NCBI GenBank assembly: GCA_963812015.1
Contig: CAWETI010000003.1
Coordinates: forward strand, 384,001 to 448,000
Source: an uncultured delta proteobacterium
GTDB lineage: Bacteria; Desulfobacterota; Desulfobaccia; Desulfobaccales; 0-14-0-80-60-11
Length of the DNA stretch: 64,000 bases
Reading direction: 5' to 3'
The position numbers were made by a program, and so were the translations under genes. Positions 10,169 to 20,945 of this stretch are shown in pieces (positions within the stretch are counted from its first letter, which is position 1; every line of letters starts with the position of its first letter). The notes under the pieces were generated by a model. That model was not told where the DNA came from, ran no database searches, and saw nothing but the letters and a program-made list of their open reading frames with translations.

Positions 10169-10945
10169 ATGGAGGCGCGGGAGAAAAAAGATTGGCTGCT
10201 GGATGAACGGCTGCTCCAGTCGCAAAAATTAGCCGCCATCGGTGAACTTTCGGCCAATATTGCCCATGAAATCAACAATCCCCTGGCCATCATCCGCCAG
10301 GAGGCCGAATGGATGCAGCACCTGTTGAAGCAACTGGCCGGGAGAGACGGCACGGAAATTGGGGAACTTCAGGAGTCGGTGCAGCAGATCGTGGAACAGG
10401 TGGACCGCTGCACGGAAATTACCCGGAATTTACTGGATTTTGCCCGGAAACGGGAGCCGGTGATTCAGGCCGTGGAGGTCAACCGGCTCATTGAAACCAT
10501 GACCCGGCTGGTGGAGAGGGAAGCCAAGCATAACCGGATCAGCATCGTCCGGCAGTATGATCAGGAATTGCCGGTGATTTACAGTGACGCGCCGCAATTG
10601 CGGCAGGTGATCCTCAATTTTCTCACCAACGCCACGCATGCCATCGGCCAAGACGGGGTCATCACCATCTCCACCCGCCTTGCCGACGGGGACTCGGTGG
10701 ACATCGTCATCAGGGATACGGGCTGCGGCGTTCCGGAGGAGAATCTGGCGAAGATCTTCGACCCGTTTTTCACTACCAAACCCCCGGGCAAGGGCACGGG
10801 ACTGGGACTGTCCATCTGCCACGGGATCATTCAACGGCTGGGCGGGCGCATTGGGGTGGAAAGTCACGTGGGACAGGGCACGGCGTTTACCATCACGTTG
10901 CCACGGGTTGCCGCACAGCCGGAACGGGGAGCGGTTGGTCTATGA
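10169..10945 (+). CDS. Cytoplasmic histidine kinase lacking a sensor domain
   Basis: [25 protein letters not shown] begins about 15 aa after the start; complete HATPase. Confidence 0.85.
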   Translation: MEAREKKDWLLDERLLQSQKLAAIGELSANIAHEINNPLAIIRQEAEWMQHLLKQLAGRDGTEIGELQESVQQIVEQVDRCTEITRNLLDFARKREPVIQAVEVNRLIETMTRLVEREAKHNRISIVRQYDQELPVIYSDAPQLRQVILNFLTNATHAIGQDGVITISTRLADGDSVDIVIRDTGCGVPEENLAKIFDPFFTTKPPGKGTGLGLSICHGIIQRLGGRIGVESHVGQGTAFTITLPRVAAQPERGAVGL

Positions 10946-11370
10946 ATAAGCCGAATAAGCCGCGAATATTGCTGGTGGATGATGAAGAGCGTTTCCGGAC
11001 CAACCTCCAGAAGATGTTAGGGGCCCAGGGGTTGATGGTGAGCGCCAAGGGCAGCGGTGAAGAGGCCCTGGAGGAACTCAAGTGGCGACCCTACGACGTG
11101 ATGGTCCTGGATATCCGCATGCCGGGGATGAATGGGCTCGCCACCCTGGCGGAGATCAAGAAAATCAACCCGGAGGTGGAGGTGATCATTTTAAGCGGCC
11201 ACGCCTCCATGGATGCCGCCATGGAGATCAACAAACTGGGGGGCTATGATTACCTGATGAAGCCATGCCCCCTGGAGGAATTGCTGCTCAAGATCGAGGC
11301 GGCGTATGAAAAGAAGGTGGAGCGGGAAACCAGGACAAAAAAAAGCCAGCCCCCGGAAGGAACATCATAA
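10942..11370 (+). CDS. Single-domain response regulator
   Basis: VDDE, LDIRMPGMNG, YLMKP; ATGA overlap with upstream kinase. Confidence 0.92.
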   Translation: MNKPNKPRILLVDDEERFRTNLQKMLGAQGLMVSAKGSGEEALEELKWRPYDVMVLDIRMPGMNGLATLAEIKKINPEVEVIILSGHASMDAAMEINKLGGYDYLMKPCPLEELLLKIEAAYEKKVERETRTKKSQPPEGTS

Positions 11371-11658
11371 CCCCTGCAAACACGGCCGAATAGATTTTCT
11401 TCCGGAATTCTGGATTTCTTCAACCCCTAATTTTTGAATCTCTCCCCTACAAGCGCTCTTGTCGTTATCCAGATCAGATCCGCACCTCTTTTATATTTCT
11501 TAGAAGTTCAGAGTTTGGCAAGGTATAGTCTAGTTACATGTGTACCTTCATTCTATCCGCTTAAAGAAACTTGGTTCCTTTAAAAAATTGGCTTGCCTGT
11601 TTTTATCCTTAAAATTAAAGTAACTACAGAATATGAACCCACGCAAAAAGGGCAAGCT

Positions 11659-12807
11659 ATGAGACCTATGGTATCACAAACGGGCGTATTATCCGCCAAT
11701 GAAGGGAGATTCTTGGTTTTGGTAGCCGTAATTACGGCTTGGGCCATACTGACTCCCTTTAGCTCGGTGCAAGAAGCCCGCGGGCAAAGCGGGCCAGAAG
11801 TTTCATCAGTCAAGAAGAAATTGACGGTAGGAACCAGAGAAGCACCTCCTTTTTCTATGAAAGATAACGATGGAGGATGGACTGGGATTAGCATTGATCT
11901 CTGGCGTCAAATCGCCACGGAATTGAATTTAACCTATGAGTTTCGGGAACTAGACCAACATAACTTGCTTGAAGGGCTCACGAATGGATCTTTAGACGTC
12001 GTGGTTGCAGATTTAACAATTACTCCTGAGCGCCTTGAAATGTTTGATTTTACCTATCCTTTTTATACCGCCGGGTTAGGCATCGCCGTTCCTTTTAAAG
12101 AAAAAAATGTTTTGATTTCTATAATTAAGCAGTTATTTTCCAGTACTGTTTGGGGAATATTAATCATAATCTCCTCTGTCTTGCTGATAGTAGGCATAGT
12201 GGTGTGGTTGTTTGAAAGGAAACTAAACCCTGAGCATTTCGGGGGCAATACTATCCAAGGGATTGGATCAGGGTTTTGGTTTTCAGCAGTTACAATGACT
12301 ACAGTTGGATATGGGGATAAACTTCCAAAAACTATCGGAGGTCGGATAGTTTCTTTAATCTGGATGTTTACTGCCGTTATTCTTGTGTCATTTTTTACTG
12401 CAACGATAACGTCCATGCTTACTGTGAAACAACTTGAGACTTCGGTGCGTGGCCTAGAGGATTTGAAAAAGGCTCTCGTGGGCACGATGCCGTATACAAC
12501 CAGTGAATCCTTCCTTATAAACAGTTTAATTTCATTTAAGACCTATAAATCGGTTGAAGAGGGATTGAAGTCATTGATTAATGGAGAAATCAAGGCTTTT
12601 GTCTATGATGCACCGGAACTACGTTACAGGATCAAACAACGATTCCAAGGAAAATTAGAAGTACTTCCCCATACATATTCTCAAGAAAATTATGGCATCG
12701 CGCTGGTGGATAATAGCCCACTGCGGAAAAGCATGAATCTAGTCTTATTGCAAAGGATCCGTCATCAAGAGTGGCAGGAAACTCTTTATCATTACCTGGG
12801 GAGATAG
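11659..12807 (+). CDS. GluR0-like ligand-gated K+ channel (split SBP family 3 domain plus pore)
   Basis: Signal peptide, APPF...GISIDL...TPERLEMFDFTYP S1 lobe, TMTTVGYGD filter, S2 lobe ENYGIAL. Start uncertain (11593-11668). Confidence 0.88.
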   Translation: MRPMVSQTGVLSANEGRFLVLVAVITAWAILTPFSSVQEARGQSGPEVSSVKKKLTVGTREAPPFSMKDNDGGWTGISIDLWRQIATELNLTYEFRELDQHNLLEGLTNGSLDVVVADLTITPERLEMFDFTYPFYTAGLGIAVPFKEKNVLISIIKQLFSSTVWGILIIISSVLLIVGIVVWLFERKLNPEHFGGNTIQGIGSGFWFSAVTMTTVGYGDKLPKTIGGRIVSLIWMFTAVILVSFFTATITSMLTVKQLETSVRGLEDLKKALVGTMPYTTSESFLINSLISFKTYKSVEEGLKSLINGEIKAFVYDAPELRYRIKQRFQGKLEVLPHTYSQENYGIALVDNSPLRKSMNLVLLQRIRHQEWQETLYHYLGR

Positions 12808-13423
12808 GCGGTTTTCAGAAACTAGACAATGGCTATGCTATCCGCTCTGAATAGATACTTACCAATTTGCTGAAAATTTAACCTATCTGGATCATACCTT
12901 CACTTTTTAATCTGCATAATTCTTTTCTTTCACCCCGGATATTATAGATTTCTTCTCTCACCGCCATCTGAAATCTTCCTCCCCACGGATGTCGGTGCAA
13001 GATGAGGAGATCATATATTCAACTCATTGGGATTTTTGAAAAGTTTCGCTAGTGGCAAGATATGTGGTCGCTGTGGATTTGTTATGTGCAAACTCCGGGG
13101 GGGGAAATGCTTTCCACTCAAATTTGTGCTATCTTGCCCCCTACGAGAACAATTGGCTTTGGGAAAAAGATTGTTTGGGGGGATTTTACTCGGCCAAAGA
13201 GGTTCCAAAACCTCGTTTGGACCTAAGCGCCTATGTATGGAGCGTAATCTCGGTTAATAACAAAGAACTTTCGCCTTTACCACTTTGACATGCTAAGCAA
13301 GCCTATAAGGCAAGAGAAGGCCTTGACTCCCAAATCACTTAAACAAAAGACAAACAATAAAGAAGAATTCATGTTTAATCTAAAGCGTTACGGGATCCGG
13401 TGGCATGATTGGGAAAAAGAGAC

Positions 13424-13666
13424 ATGATGGAGAGAAATTTTAATCGGTTTTTGGCCTTGACGCTGGCCCTGTTGGTTGGGGCAGGCTGCTCCGGCGTCTT
13501 GTATGAATCTAAATCTGAAAATGGCCGGGAGGACCGATTGCTGATTGACCAAGGCGAAAGCTGGAGTACTTATGACGATAGGCCCAGAAAACCCGACAGC
13601 AAGGCCAAAAAAGATCAGGATGACAAAAGTATTTTATTGAAAAAGGAGTTGACGTTTTTAACGTGA
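13424..13666 (+). CDS. Small putative lipoprotein
   Basis: MMERNFNRFLALTLALLVGAGC lipobox-like signal. Confidence 0.55.
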   Translation: MMERNFNRFLALTLALLVGAGCSGVLYESKSENGREDRLLIDQGESWSTYDDRPRKPDSKAKKDQDDKSILLKKELTFLT

Positions 13667-13733
13667 CCATGAAGGTTCAATGATCCGAATGGTCTTGTAA
13701 AAGATTAATATCGGATAATGAGAGGCGAATTTT

Positions 13734-15269
13734 TTGTTTAAAACTGGTAAGTTATTATTGATTCTAAGCTCCTACGTTATCTTGGGGACCTTGGTTTTGC
13801 ACCCCGCATTAAAAATTGGGTTCTTAGGCGACTTTGCCGGAGATATCTTAAACTGCAAGGAAAATTGGTTTAATTTCGCCGCGTATCAATGGAACTTTTA
13901 TGTACCGACAATGGCGATATATTATGGTCTCTATAAAACCTTTCATCTATTTCCCCTGCCCTATCATGTTTTTCATCTATCTTTGATCTTCATCAATGCT
14001 TGGTTAGTATACATCCTGGCACAAGAGTTAAAGTTTGAGTCCTGGCAATGCTGGATTGCTGGGCTACTGGCGCTTTTAAACTCCGCAGCCTTCGAAACCT
14101 ATTTCTGGCTCAGTACCATTCCCAAAGTCCTATCCACCAGTTTCGGATTAATGGCGTTGATCTTTCTGAGCCGCTTTCGACAAAGGAGGCCCTTATTTTG
14201 GGGATGGGGTTACATAATGATGGTGACCCTTGGATTTACCATGGAATCTACCGGCCTCATCCTGCCTCTGCTGGGCCTTTTATTAGACCTCTATTATAGC
14301 CCCTGGAGGGTGTCCGGCAAGGGAAAAGCCTCCATACTTTCAGGCTTGAGACTCCACCTCTGGACATTCGGCATCGCTGGAATTTTTTTACTGATCCGGC
14401 ATTTTTTAGGAATCAGACCATACGCGGAAAAATATTCCATAATCTGGAAATGTCTAACTTTTGTCAGATCTGCCCTGAGCACCTTTTTTCACGGTTTCGA
14501 AAACCATTTCTGGTTTGAGTCCACGGGTATCGCTATTATCTCGATAATTTTGGCTCTGTTATTATCAGTTATTTTGATCTTAGCATTAATAAATAAGCAA
14601 GGGCCAGACAGAAGACGCTACATTACACTACTGCTTCTATGGGGCGGGGCCTGCTTGCCCCATACAATCGGAGCCCATTATAATTCTCGCTATCTTTATT
14701 TTCCAGCGGTATTCTGCGCCCTAGTTTTGGCGGACGTGTTAGGCTCTTTTAAGTTTCGTTTATGCGGCCGCAATTGCACCTGGCTATTGGTCCTCGTTGT
14801 CATCAGCGGCTATTTCTACCAGGATTTCTCCGCGTTCCATCAAACCTTAAATTCCTACCTGGATGCCTCTCGGATCTATGATGCTGGAATACGGAAAATA
14901 AAGACCCACATCCCCGAGATGTCCTTTGGTTCACGCCTGATTTTGATTGATTTCCCAGGTTATATTTATCGGCCTCGCCAGTCTTCCCAGGGTTATCAAT
15001 TTAGATATCGTGTATTAGTTTATCGATGCGCCCTCCCTGATCACTTAATTTTACTTTATCAAAGTCATTATTTTATCGTCACCTTAGTACGATTATCCCC
15101 TTCCAATGATGATAACCCTGATCCTTTGGGAACTCCATCCAGCCCCGAAGAAGTGGCCAGGTTGGTGGCCGCACCTAAAACATTTACCTGTCGTTACATG
15201 CCTGGCAACCCTGGGGAATTTATTATTGTCCATGATACATTAACACTTGATTCTCCAACCATGAAATGA
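13734..15269 (+). CDS. Polytopic membrane protein, possibly GT-C fold glycosyltransferase
   Basis: Many TM helices, early GFLGD loop, PLPYH, RYLYFP motif typical of ArnT/PMT-like proteins. Confidence 0.6.
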   Translation: MFKTGKLLLILSSYVILGTLVLHPALKIGFLGDFAGDILNCKENWFNFAAYQWNFYVPTMAIYYGLYKTFHLFPLPYHVFHLSLIFINAWLVYILAQELKFESWQCWIAGLLALLNSAAFETYFWLSTIPKVLSTSFGLMALIFLSRFRQRRPLFWGWGYIMMVTLGFTMESTGLILPLLGLLLDLYYSPWRVSGKGKASILSGLRLHLWTFGIAGIFLLIRHFLGIRPYAEKYSIIWKCLTFVRSALSTFFHGFENHFWFESTGIAIISIILALLLSVILILALINKQGPDRRRYITLLLLWGGACLPHTIGAHYNSRYLYFPAVFCALVLADVLGSFKFRLCGRNCTWLLVLVVISGYFYQDFSAFHQTLNSYLDASRIYDAGIRKIKTHIPEMSFGSRLILIDFPGYIYRPRQSSQGYQFRYRVLVYRCALPDHLILLYQSHYFIVTLVRLSPSNDDNPDPLGTPSSPEEVARLVAAPKTFTCRYMPGNPGEFIIVHDTLTLDSPTMK

Positions 15270-15847
15270 GGTCTATTGATTCTGCCGCTATAAGCAAAAG
15301 TTTTCTTAACACTATTGAGTTATATAATAAGGTGGCAGTCGCACCCAATAGTTTCACCGGTTGCAAAATGAGACGCCAGGAATCAGATTTTTCGAACTTA
15401 TTTTTTCAGGCCAGGAGGATTTTCCTCCTGTTCCTCACCGTATTGTTATCCAGATATATCCGATAGTCCCCACCGCGAATGAAAGGTCCCACCTTGTAGG
15501 GCTGAAAACTTTATCCACATTCAATCCCTTTCCTATTTATTCGCGCTATTATTGGTTTATATCGCTCTGGGTGATTGAGAGTTGGCACAAAGCCTGACAA
15601 TAAAGCGAGTCTGTAGATATCTGCTATGAATGCGCGATTTAAATCAAGATAAGCGATATCTGATATGGTTATCATAGCTGTAGATAATACCCTGCCTACA
15701 TGTAAATATTACCCTTAATTGCAGGCTTCATCTCATCTAGATTTGATGGTTATCAGTTCAAGCTTTGATTATTACAAAAGAACCGCAGTTGATGAGACGC
15801 AGTTATTCCCTTTACCACTTTTCCCCTGCATTGGTTTTTCGTCTCTC

Positions 15848-18517
15848 TTAGGCCGAATCCGCCGGCGGAGAATTTTCCGGAGCGCTGGCGGCGGCGGGGG
15901 CGGCCATGGCCTCCATTTCTAGGCTGTAGTTGCCCGCCAGGAAATTTTTGGCCACGCCCTCGACGCTGGCCTCGCTGGTCATGAGCATGTCCATCTGGCG
16001 GGTAAAGATGAGGAGGCGCCCGAGGAGGTCGAGCTTGGTCTGGATGACCGGGGCCTCGTATTTTTGCAGGCGGGCATCCACCCGGTCGCCCTTGACCTCC
16101 ACGGAGAAACCCAGGCCCATGAGGACGATGGCGATGGCCCGGACCCGGCGGATGCGGCGGACGTCATCGGCCGCGCCGCCTTTGAAGGAGAAGGTGATGT
16201 AGTTCTTGTTGACGGTGGCGCCGCAGTAGGCGTCGAGAACGCTGTAATGATAGCCCACCCGGGAAGAGAAGTTGAGATACTTGTCGGAGATAATGGCGTA
16301 ACTGCGGTCGCCGAAGCGATCCTCGACATTGGGGGCAGCCAGCATCTGTTCCCGCATCACCGAAAACAGCCCGCCGAGTTGAATGGGGCGGGGTTCCCGG
16401 GCCCGGACGTCTTCGTGGAGCATCCCCTGCAAAACAGCCAAGAGGGGAACCGAGGTCACCTGATCCACGGCGACTTTATGAGTGCGAAGGTCGGCCTCCG
16501 CCAGACCGCCGCCCAGGTCGATGAGATAGAGGTCCAGAGGGATCGCGGCCTCCAGCTTCATGGCGTACCCCTCTTTGGCTGAGACCAGGTCGCTGATCTT
16601 GAACATCTCGGTGTAGGAGAGTTCGTGCACCAGCCTCCCCAGGTCGTGGAGGGACTGGCAAAAGTCCGGGGAGAATTCCGGCGCTTTGGGGTCCACCAGG
16701 TGCAAGGGCAGGATGAACTCGGCCACCTGTTTCAGGGTGTCATAGACCGGGGTGTCCTTGAGGTAGGATTCCCGGGCGGGCTGCCGATCCAACAATTCCG
16801 GCACCTGCCCTGCATAGATACGGCAGGCGTAGGCGTCCACCGTGACGATCTGCCCCGGGGCAATGGTCTGGGTGGCCACCTTGGTATCCAGGAGGGTGGG
16901 AAGGGAAAATTCCCGGCTGAGGGAGGCCATGTGGCCGGAGATGCTGCCGGAATCGGTGACGATGGCCTGGGCCTTGGGCATCACCATGACAAATTTGGGG
17001 GAAGAATGCTGGGCTACCAAAACCCCGCCGTCGGGGAAATCCAGCAGGTCCTGGTCCCGGTGGATCAGAACGGCCGGGCCGCAGCCCACCCCGGGGAAAG
17101 CGGCGGCGCCGCCCTCCACCAGCACGGGATAGCCGGCCACCGCCGGAATGTTGCGCAGGTCCTCACCGCTGGGGGCCTGGAGGCGCAGGGGCCGGCTCTG
17201 GAGGACCAGGATACGGCCATGTTGGTCCAGGGCCCATTCCACATCCTGGGGACAGTGGTAGTGCTCTTCCAGCTTGACCCCATAGGCCGCCAGGACCTTG
17301 ACCTGCTCCGGGGTCAAGCAGGGTTGATCCTGCATGGCCTGGGGCACCGGAATTTCCTGGAGGCCGGCGTCGGGATTGGCCACCAGCTGGACGGATTTGT
17401 GGGACACCTTCAGGTCCAGGATGGGGAAGGCTTCGGTCTTGGCGATGCGATAGGTATCCGGGGTAATGACCCCGTCCACCGCATAAGGCCCCAAGCCCCA
17501 GACGGCGCTGATGAGCAGGTTGTCATCCCGGATATTGAAGGGGTGGTGGGAATACATGACGCCGCTGGCCACGGCGTCCACCATCTGGAGGCAAACGACG
17601 CTCATGGCGATATCTTCGTCCCGGATGCCCTTGTTGAGGCGATAGGAGATGGCCCGGGGGGTATAGAGACTGGCCAGGATTTTTTGGTAAGCCGGGAGGA
17701 GTTGATCTCCCGGCACATTCAGGATGGTGAGATATTGGCCGGCGAAGGACAGCTCGCTATCTTCGCCGATGGCGCTGGAGCGCATGGACACGCGCACCGG
17801 CGACTTATCCGCGTCCCGGGACAGGGTTGCCTGCATCTGGGCATAGGCGGCGAGAATGGCCTCAGCCAGGGCCGGGGGGACCTGGGCCGCGGTGATCAGG
17901 GCCTGGATGTCGTCGCTCACCTGCTGGACGGTCTGGGGGTGGGCGGGATCGATCTCCATTTTGCGCTTGTTGATTTCGTCCACCAGGTCGTTGTGGGCCA
18001 GAAAGTCGGCATAGGCCCGGGTGGTGATGGCAAAGCCGGCGGGGATGGGCAGACCGATTTTCAAGGCCTCACCCAGGTGGGCATTCTTGCCCCCCACCCA
18101 ATCCACCATGTCCTGGTTCACGCCGGACAGGGGCAGGACCGGGTCGGTGAGGGGCAGTTCCTTGGTTTCTCCCAGACGCTCTTTGATCCTGGCGTTGATC
18201 CTATCCAGCACCCCATAGAGGACAGGATACTGGTGGCCGGAGAGGACATCGAGACTCTTGATCATGCGGAAGGCATGGAAGGCGGACCGGGCCGACTGAG
18301 ATCTGACATAGGACATGCCGAACACGTGGCGACCGGTCAGTTTCTCCTCCAGGTCAGTAATGATATTCAGGAGTTGGCTGTTGGAGTCCAGCAGGTCCTT
18401 GAAGCAGGCATAACGGAAGCGGAAGGCCGCGGCCAGGTCATCCCGGGTGGGGGTGCCCCGGCGGCCTTTGAACCTACGATAAATATCCCGAAAGAGGTTG
18501 AGGGTGTCCATCGCCAC
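15848..18517 (-). CDS. PEP/pyruvate-binding-domain (PEP-synthase-like) protein, paralog A
   Basis: VGGKNAHLGE, RSSAIGEDSELSFAGQY and QDVEWA...LQSRPL ATP-grasp; SGHMASLSREF phospho-His domain; atypical C-terminus. Confidence 0.88.
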   Translation of the reverse strand: MAMDTLNLFRDIYRRFKGRRGTPTRDDLAAAFRFRYACFKDLLDSNSQLLNIITDLEEKLTGRHVFGMSYVRSQSARSAFHAFRMIKSLDVLSGHQYPVLYGVLDRINARIKERLGETKELPLTDPVLPLSGVNQDMVDWVGGKNAHLGEALKIGLPIPAGFAITTRAYADFLAHNDLVDEINKRKMEIDPAHPQTVQQVSDDIQALITAAQVPPALAEAILAAYAQMQATLSRDADKSPVRVSMRSSAIGEDSELSFAGQYLTILNVPGDQLLPAYQKILASLYTPRAISYRLNKGIRDEDIAMSVVCLQMVDAVASGVMYSHHPFNIRDDNLLISAVWGLGPYAVDGVITPDTYRIAKTEAFPILDLKVSHKSVQLVANPDAGLQEIPVPQAMQDQPCLTPEQVKVLAAYGVKLEEHYHCPQDVEWALDQHGRILVLQSRPLRLQAPSGEDLRNIPAVAGYPVLVEGGAAAFPGVGCGPAVLIHRDQDLLDFPDGGVLVAQHSSPKFVMVMPKAQAIVTDSGSISGHMASLSREFSLPTLLDTKVATQTIAPGQIVTVDAYACRIYAGQVPELLDRQPARESYLKDTPVYDTLKQVAEFILPLHLVDPKAPEFSPDFCQSLHDLGRLVHELSYTEMFKISDLVSAKEGYAMKLEAAIPLDLYLIDLGGGLAEADLRTHKVAVDQVTSVPLLAVLQGMLHEDVRAREPRPIQLGGLFSVMREQMLAAPNVEDRFGDRSYAIISDKYLNFSSRVGYHYSVLDAYCGATVNKNYITFSFKGGAADDVRRIRRVRAIAIVLMGLGFSVEVKGDRVDARLQKYEAPVIQTKLDLLGRLLIFTRQMDMLMTSEASVEGVAKNFLAGNYSLEMEAMAAPAAASAPENSPPADSA

Positions 18518-18724
18518 TCACGTAAGCCTTGATCTATCAAGAATCATACCAGAAAAAAGCTTGCCGCGGTCAGCTTTCAGCGATCAGCCAAGACCTCGGC
18601 CCGGCGACGGGTAGGGCGCGCCCGGCGCACCATTACTCCTGAGAGACGATTACCTCTCCCTGTCATCTAGCTCGGCGAGGTAGCGAGAAGCGGCAGCGCC
18701 GGAGCGGTTTTTCCTGATACCCCC

Positions 18725-18751
18725 TTTACACTCTGTAAAAATTGCTGACAG
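18725..18751. promoter_or_regulatory. Putative enhancer site, copy 2
   Basis: TTTACA-ctc-TGTAAA-AATTGCTGACAG. Confidence 0.75.
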
Positions 18752-18844
18752 AGCCTGGTTGTCGATGGGGACCGGAATATCGGGTTAATGTCTGATAATG
18801 AAGATTTATTAGCTGGTTACCCTGTCCGGGGTTATGGACCCTGC

Positions 18845-18861
18845 CTGGCACGGGCATTGCT
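18845..18861 (+). promoter_or_regulatory. Sigma54 -24/-12 promoter
   Basis: CTGGCACGGGCATTGCT; GG 122 bp after enhancer start. Confidence 0.85.
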
Positions 18862-19066
18862 TAAGGAGTAGATGCATGAGTGGCGCGGGATAACTGAAGC
18901 ATGTGCAATTGTATCAAGGCGGGGAATATTTTTTTTGTTCAGGCTTACCTGCGAGGGGAGCAAAACCCGGAATCACGAGACTTCAGCATAGCTCACCGAC
19001 CAAGCGCCGCACGCGTCAATTCTCTTTAACCGAGAAGCACCTTAAGTCAATCCGAGGAGGTCTTGT

Positions 19067-19480
19067 ATGAAAGTACTGGTGGCTACAGACGGCTCGGAGC
19101 ATTCCATGAAAGCCGTGCAACGAGCATTGGAACTGGCGGAAAAACAGGACGCCCAGGTAACCCTCATGTCGGTGGCCTATTACGGGGCGGATTATCTGGA
19201 GGGCATGCCGCCGAACATTCAGGACAAGCTGGAAGACGAGGCCAGGGGCGCGTTGAAAAAGGCCAAGGCCCTGTTTGACGCCAAAAACCTGCCGGTGGAG
19301 ACGGTGCTGGTGGCGGGACTGGTGCCGGCCAACTTAATTATTCAAAAGGCTCAAGACGGCAAGTTTGACCGCATCGTCATCGGCAGCACCGGCCGGAATG
19401 CCCTGGAGAAGATATTCATGGGCAGCACCGCCGCCAAGGTGGTGGCGCATGCCCCCTGCGAAGTGACGGTGGTCAGGTAA
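19067..19480 (+). CDS. Universal stress protein
   Basis: KVLVATDGSEHS, IVIGSTGR...MGSTAAKVVAHAPCEVTVVR. Confidence 0.93.
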   Translation: MKVLVATDGSEHSMKAVQRALELAEKQDAQVTLMSVAYYGADYLEGMPPNIQDKLEDEARGALKKAKALFDAKNLPVETVLVAGLVPANLIIQKAQDGKFDRIVIGSTGRNALEKIFMGSTAAKVVAHAPCEVTVVR

Positions 19481-19507
19481 CCAAGGATTTCAAGGAGGTC
19501 AATCGCA

Positions 19508-19804
19508 ATGCGTACATGGTGGGCAAAACTCACAGGGTTGGCAGTCATGGTCATTTTGTTGCTGCCGGAAATGGCTTTCGCAGCGGGGCCCGCGGCCGCA
19601 CCCCTGGTTATGGTAGCTGATACCCGGAAATTTACCGGCTGGGAAGCCTGGTGGACCAATCTATACAATGAGAGTCACCTTTATTTCGCTCTTCTGACGG
19701 TAGTCCTTATTCCCGTTATCGGCCTGATTTTTGGACTCCTGGCGGACCTGGTCATGCGCACCATCGGCATTGACCTGACGCACCGGGATCTGGCGGAGCA
19801 TTAA
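19508..19804 (+). CDS. Small membrane protein, DVU0150-like
   Basis: Signal peptide, VADTRK...NLYNESH, TM helix, GIDL...EH end; typical position upstream of TauE in sulfate reducers (recalled). Confidence 0.75.
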   Translation: MRTWWAKLTGLAVMVILLLPEMAFAAGPAAAPLVMVADTRKFTGWEAWWTNLYNESHLYFALLTVVLIPVIGLIFGLLADLVMRTIGIDLTHRDLAEH

Positions 19805-19840
19805 GGCTTCTCGAGAACGACAAGGTAGGAGGAAGATACT

Positions 19841-20917
19841 ATGGATTGGCTATATGTTCTGATGCCCATTGCGGGAATCAAGATATTCTGGCCCGGCCTC
19901 ATCATTTTAGGGATAGGTGTAGGAATTATCGGCGGTTTCTTCGGCATGGGCGGCGCCTGGATGGTGACCCCGGGATTGAACATCCTGGGCTTCCCCATGG
20001 CTTTTGCCATCGGCACCGATATCGCCCACATGGCGGGGAAATCGCTGATCTCCACCATGCGCCACGGTAAATTCGGCAACGTGGATTATAAACTGGGCCT
20101 CATCATGCTGGTGGGAACGGTGGTGGGCTTCGAGGTGGGGGCCCAGATGGTCATGTACCTGGAACGCATCGGGTTGGTGGAGTTGTATGTCCGCCTGTTG
20201 TACCTGGTGCTGCTGTCCCTCATCGCCTGGATGGTCTTCGCGGACGTGGCCAAGAAAAAACGGAAAGACCGGGAGGCCATCGCTGCGGGCAAAGAAGTGG
20301 ATAAGCTGTCCACCGGCCTGGATTGGGCCAAGACTTTGCATAAGATCAAGATCCCCCCGATGATTACTTTCAAAGAGGCCCAGATCACTTGCACCGCGTG
20401 GCTGCCCATCTTTATCAGCTTCGCCACCGGCTGGCTGGCGGGCATCCTGGGGATCGGCGGCGGTTTGATCCGCATGCCGGCCTTGATTTACTTCATCGGC
20501 TGCCCCACCCACGTGGCGGTGGGCACCGACCTCTTCGAGGTGATGATCTCCGGCCTGTACGGCACCGGCACTTATACCTACAAGGGCCGCACCGAACTGG
20601 TGGCCGCCGTCATCATGCTGATGGGCGCGGCGGTGGGGGCCCAGATCGGCACCGTGGCCACCAAGTACATCAAGGGTTACGGCATCCGGATCGCCTTCGG
20701 CCTGGCCGTCATCGGTTGCGCCCTGTCCATCATCTTGAAGCTGGCCTGGCGGGTATTACCGGCTGGCAAGCCCTACTTTGACGGCGCAGCCACGGTCCTG
20801 ATCCTGAGCCTGGTGAGCGCCATGTCTCTCTATATCTTTGTGAAGATGGTGCAAGGGGCCAAGGCCGAGGTCGCGGCCAAGAAGGCCAAAGCTCAGATCT
20901 CGGTGGCGGGAAGCTGA
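19841..20917 (+). CDS. TauE/SafE (TSUP) family anion exporter
   Basis: GGFFGMGGAWMVTP...AIGTD and GILGIGGGLIRMP...AVGTD internal repeat. Confidence 0.9.
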   Translation: MDWLYVLMPIAGIKIFWPGLIILGIGVGIIGGFFGMGGAWMVTPGLNILGFPMAFAIGTDIAHMAGKSLISTMRHGKFGNVDYKLGLIMLVGTVVGFEVGAQMVMYLERIGLVELYVRLLYLVLLSLIAWMVFADVAKKKRKDREAIAAGKEVDKLSTGLDWAKTLHKIKIPPMITFKEAQITCTAWLPIFISFATGWLAGILGIGGGLIRMPALIYFIGCPTHVAVGTDLFEVMISGLYGTGTYTYKGRTELVAAVIMLMGAAVGAQIGTVATKYIKGYGIRIAFGLAVIGCALSIILKLAWRVLPAGKPYFDGAATVLILSLVSAMSLYIFVKMVQGAKAEVAAKKAKAQISVAGS

Positions 20918-20945
20918 TCCGGGTTTTTCAAGAGGAGATCTCAAC

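Noticed and set aside
12830..13290. Short overlapping ORFs 13027-13257 and 13052-13288
   Set aside because: No recognisable family or RBS; possibly a degraded gene.
15583..15600. TTGGCACAAAGCCTGA sigma54-like site (similar case at about 55372)
   Set aside because: Lacks a correctly spaced GC at -12.
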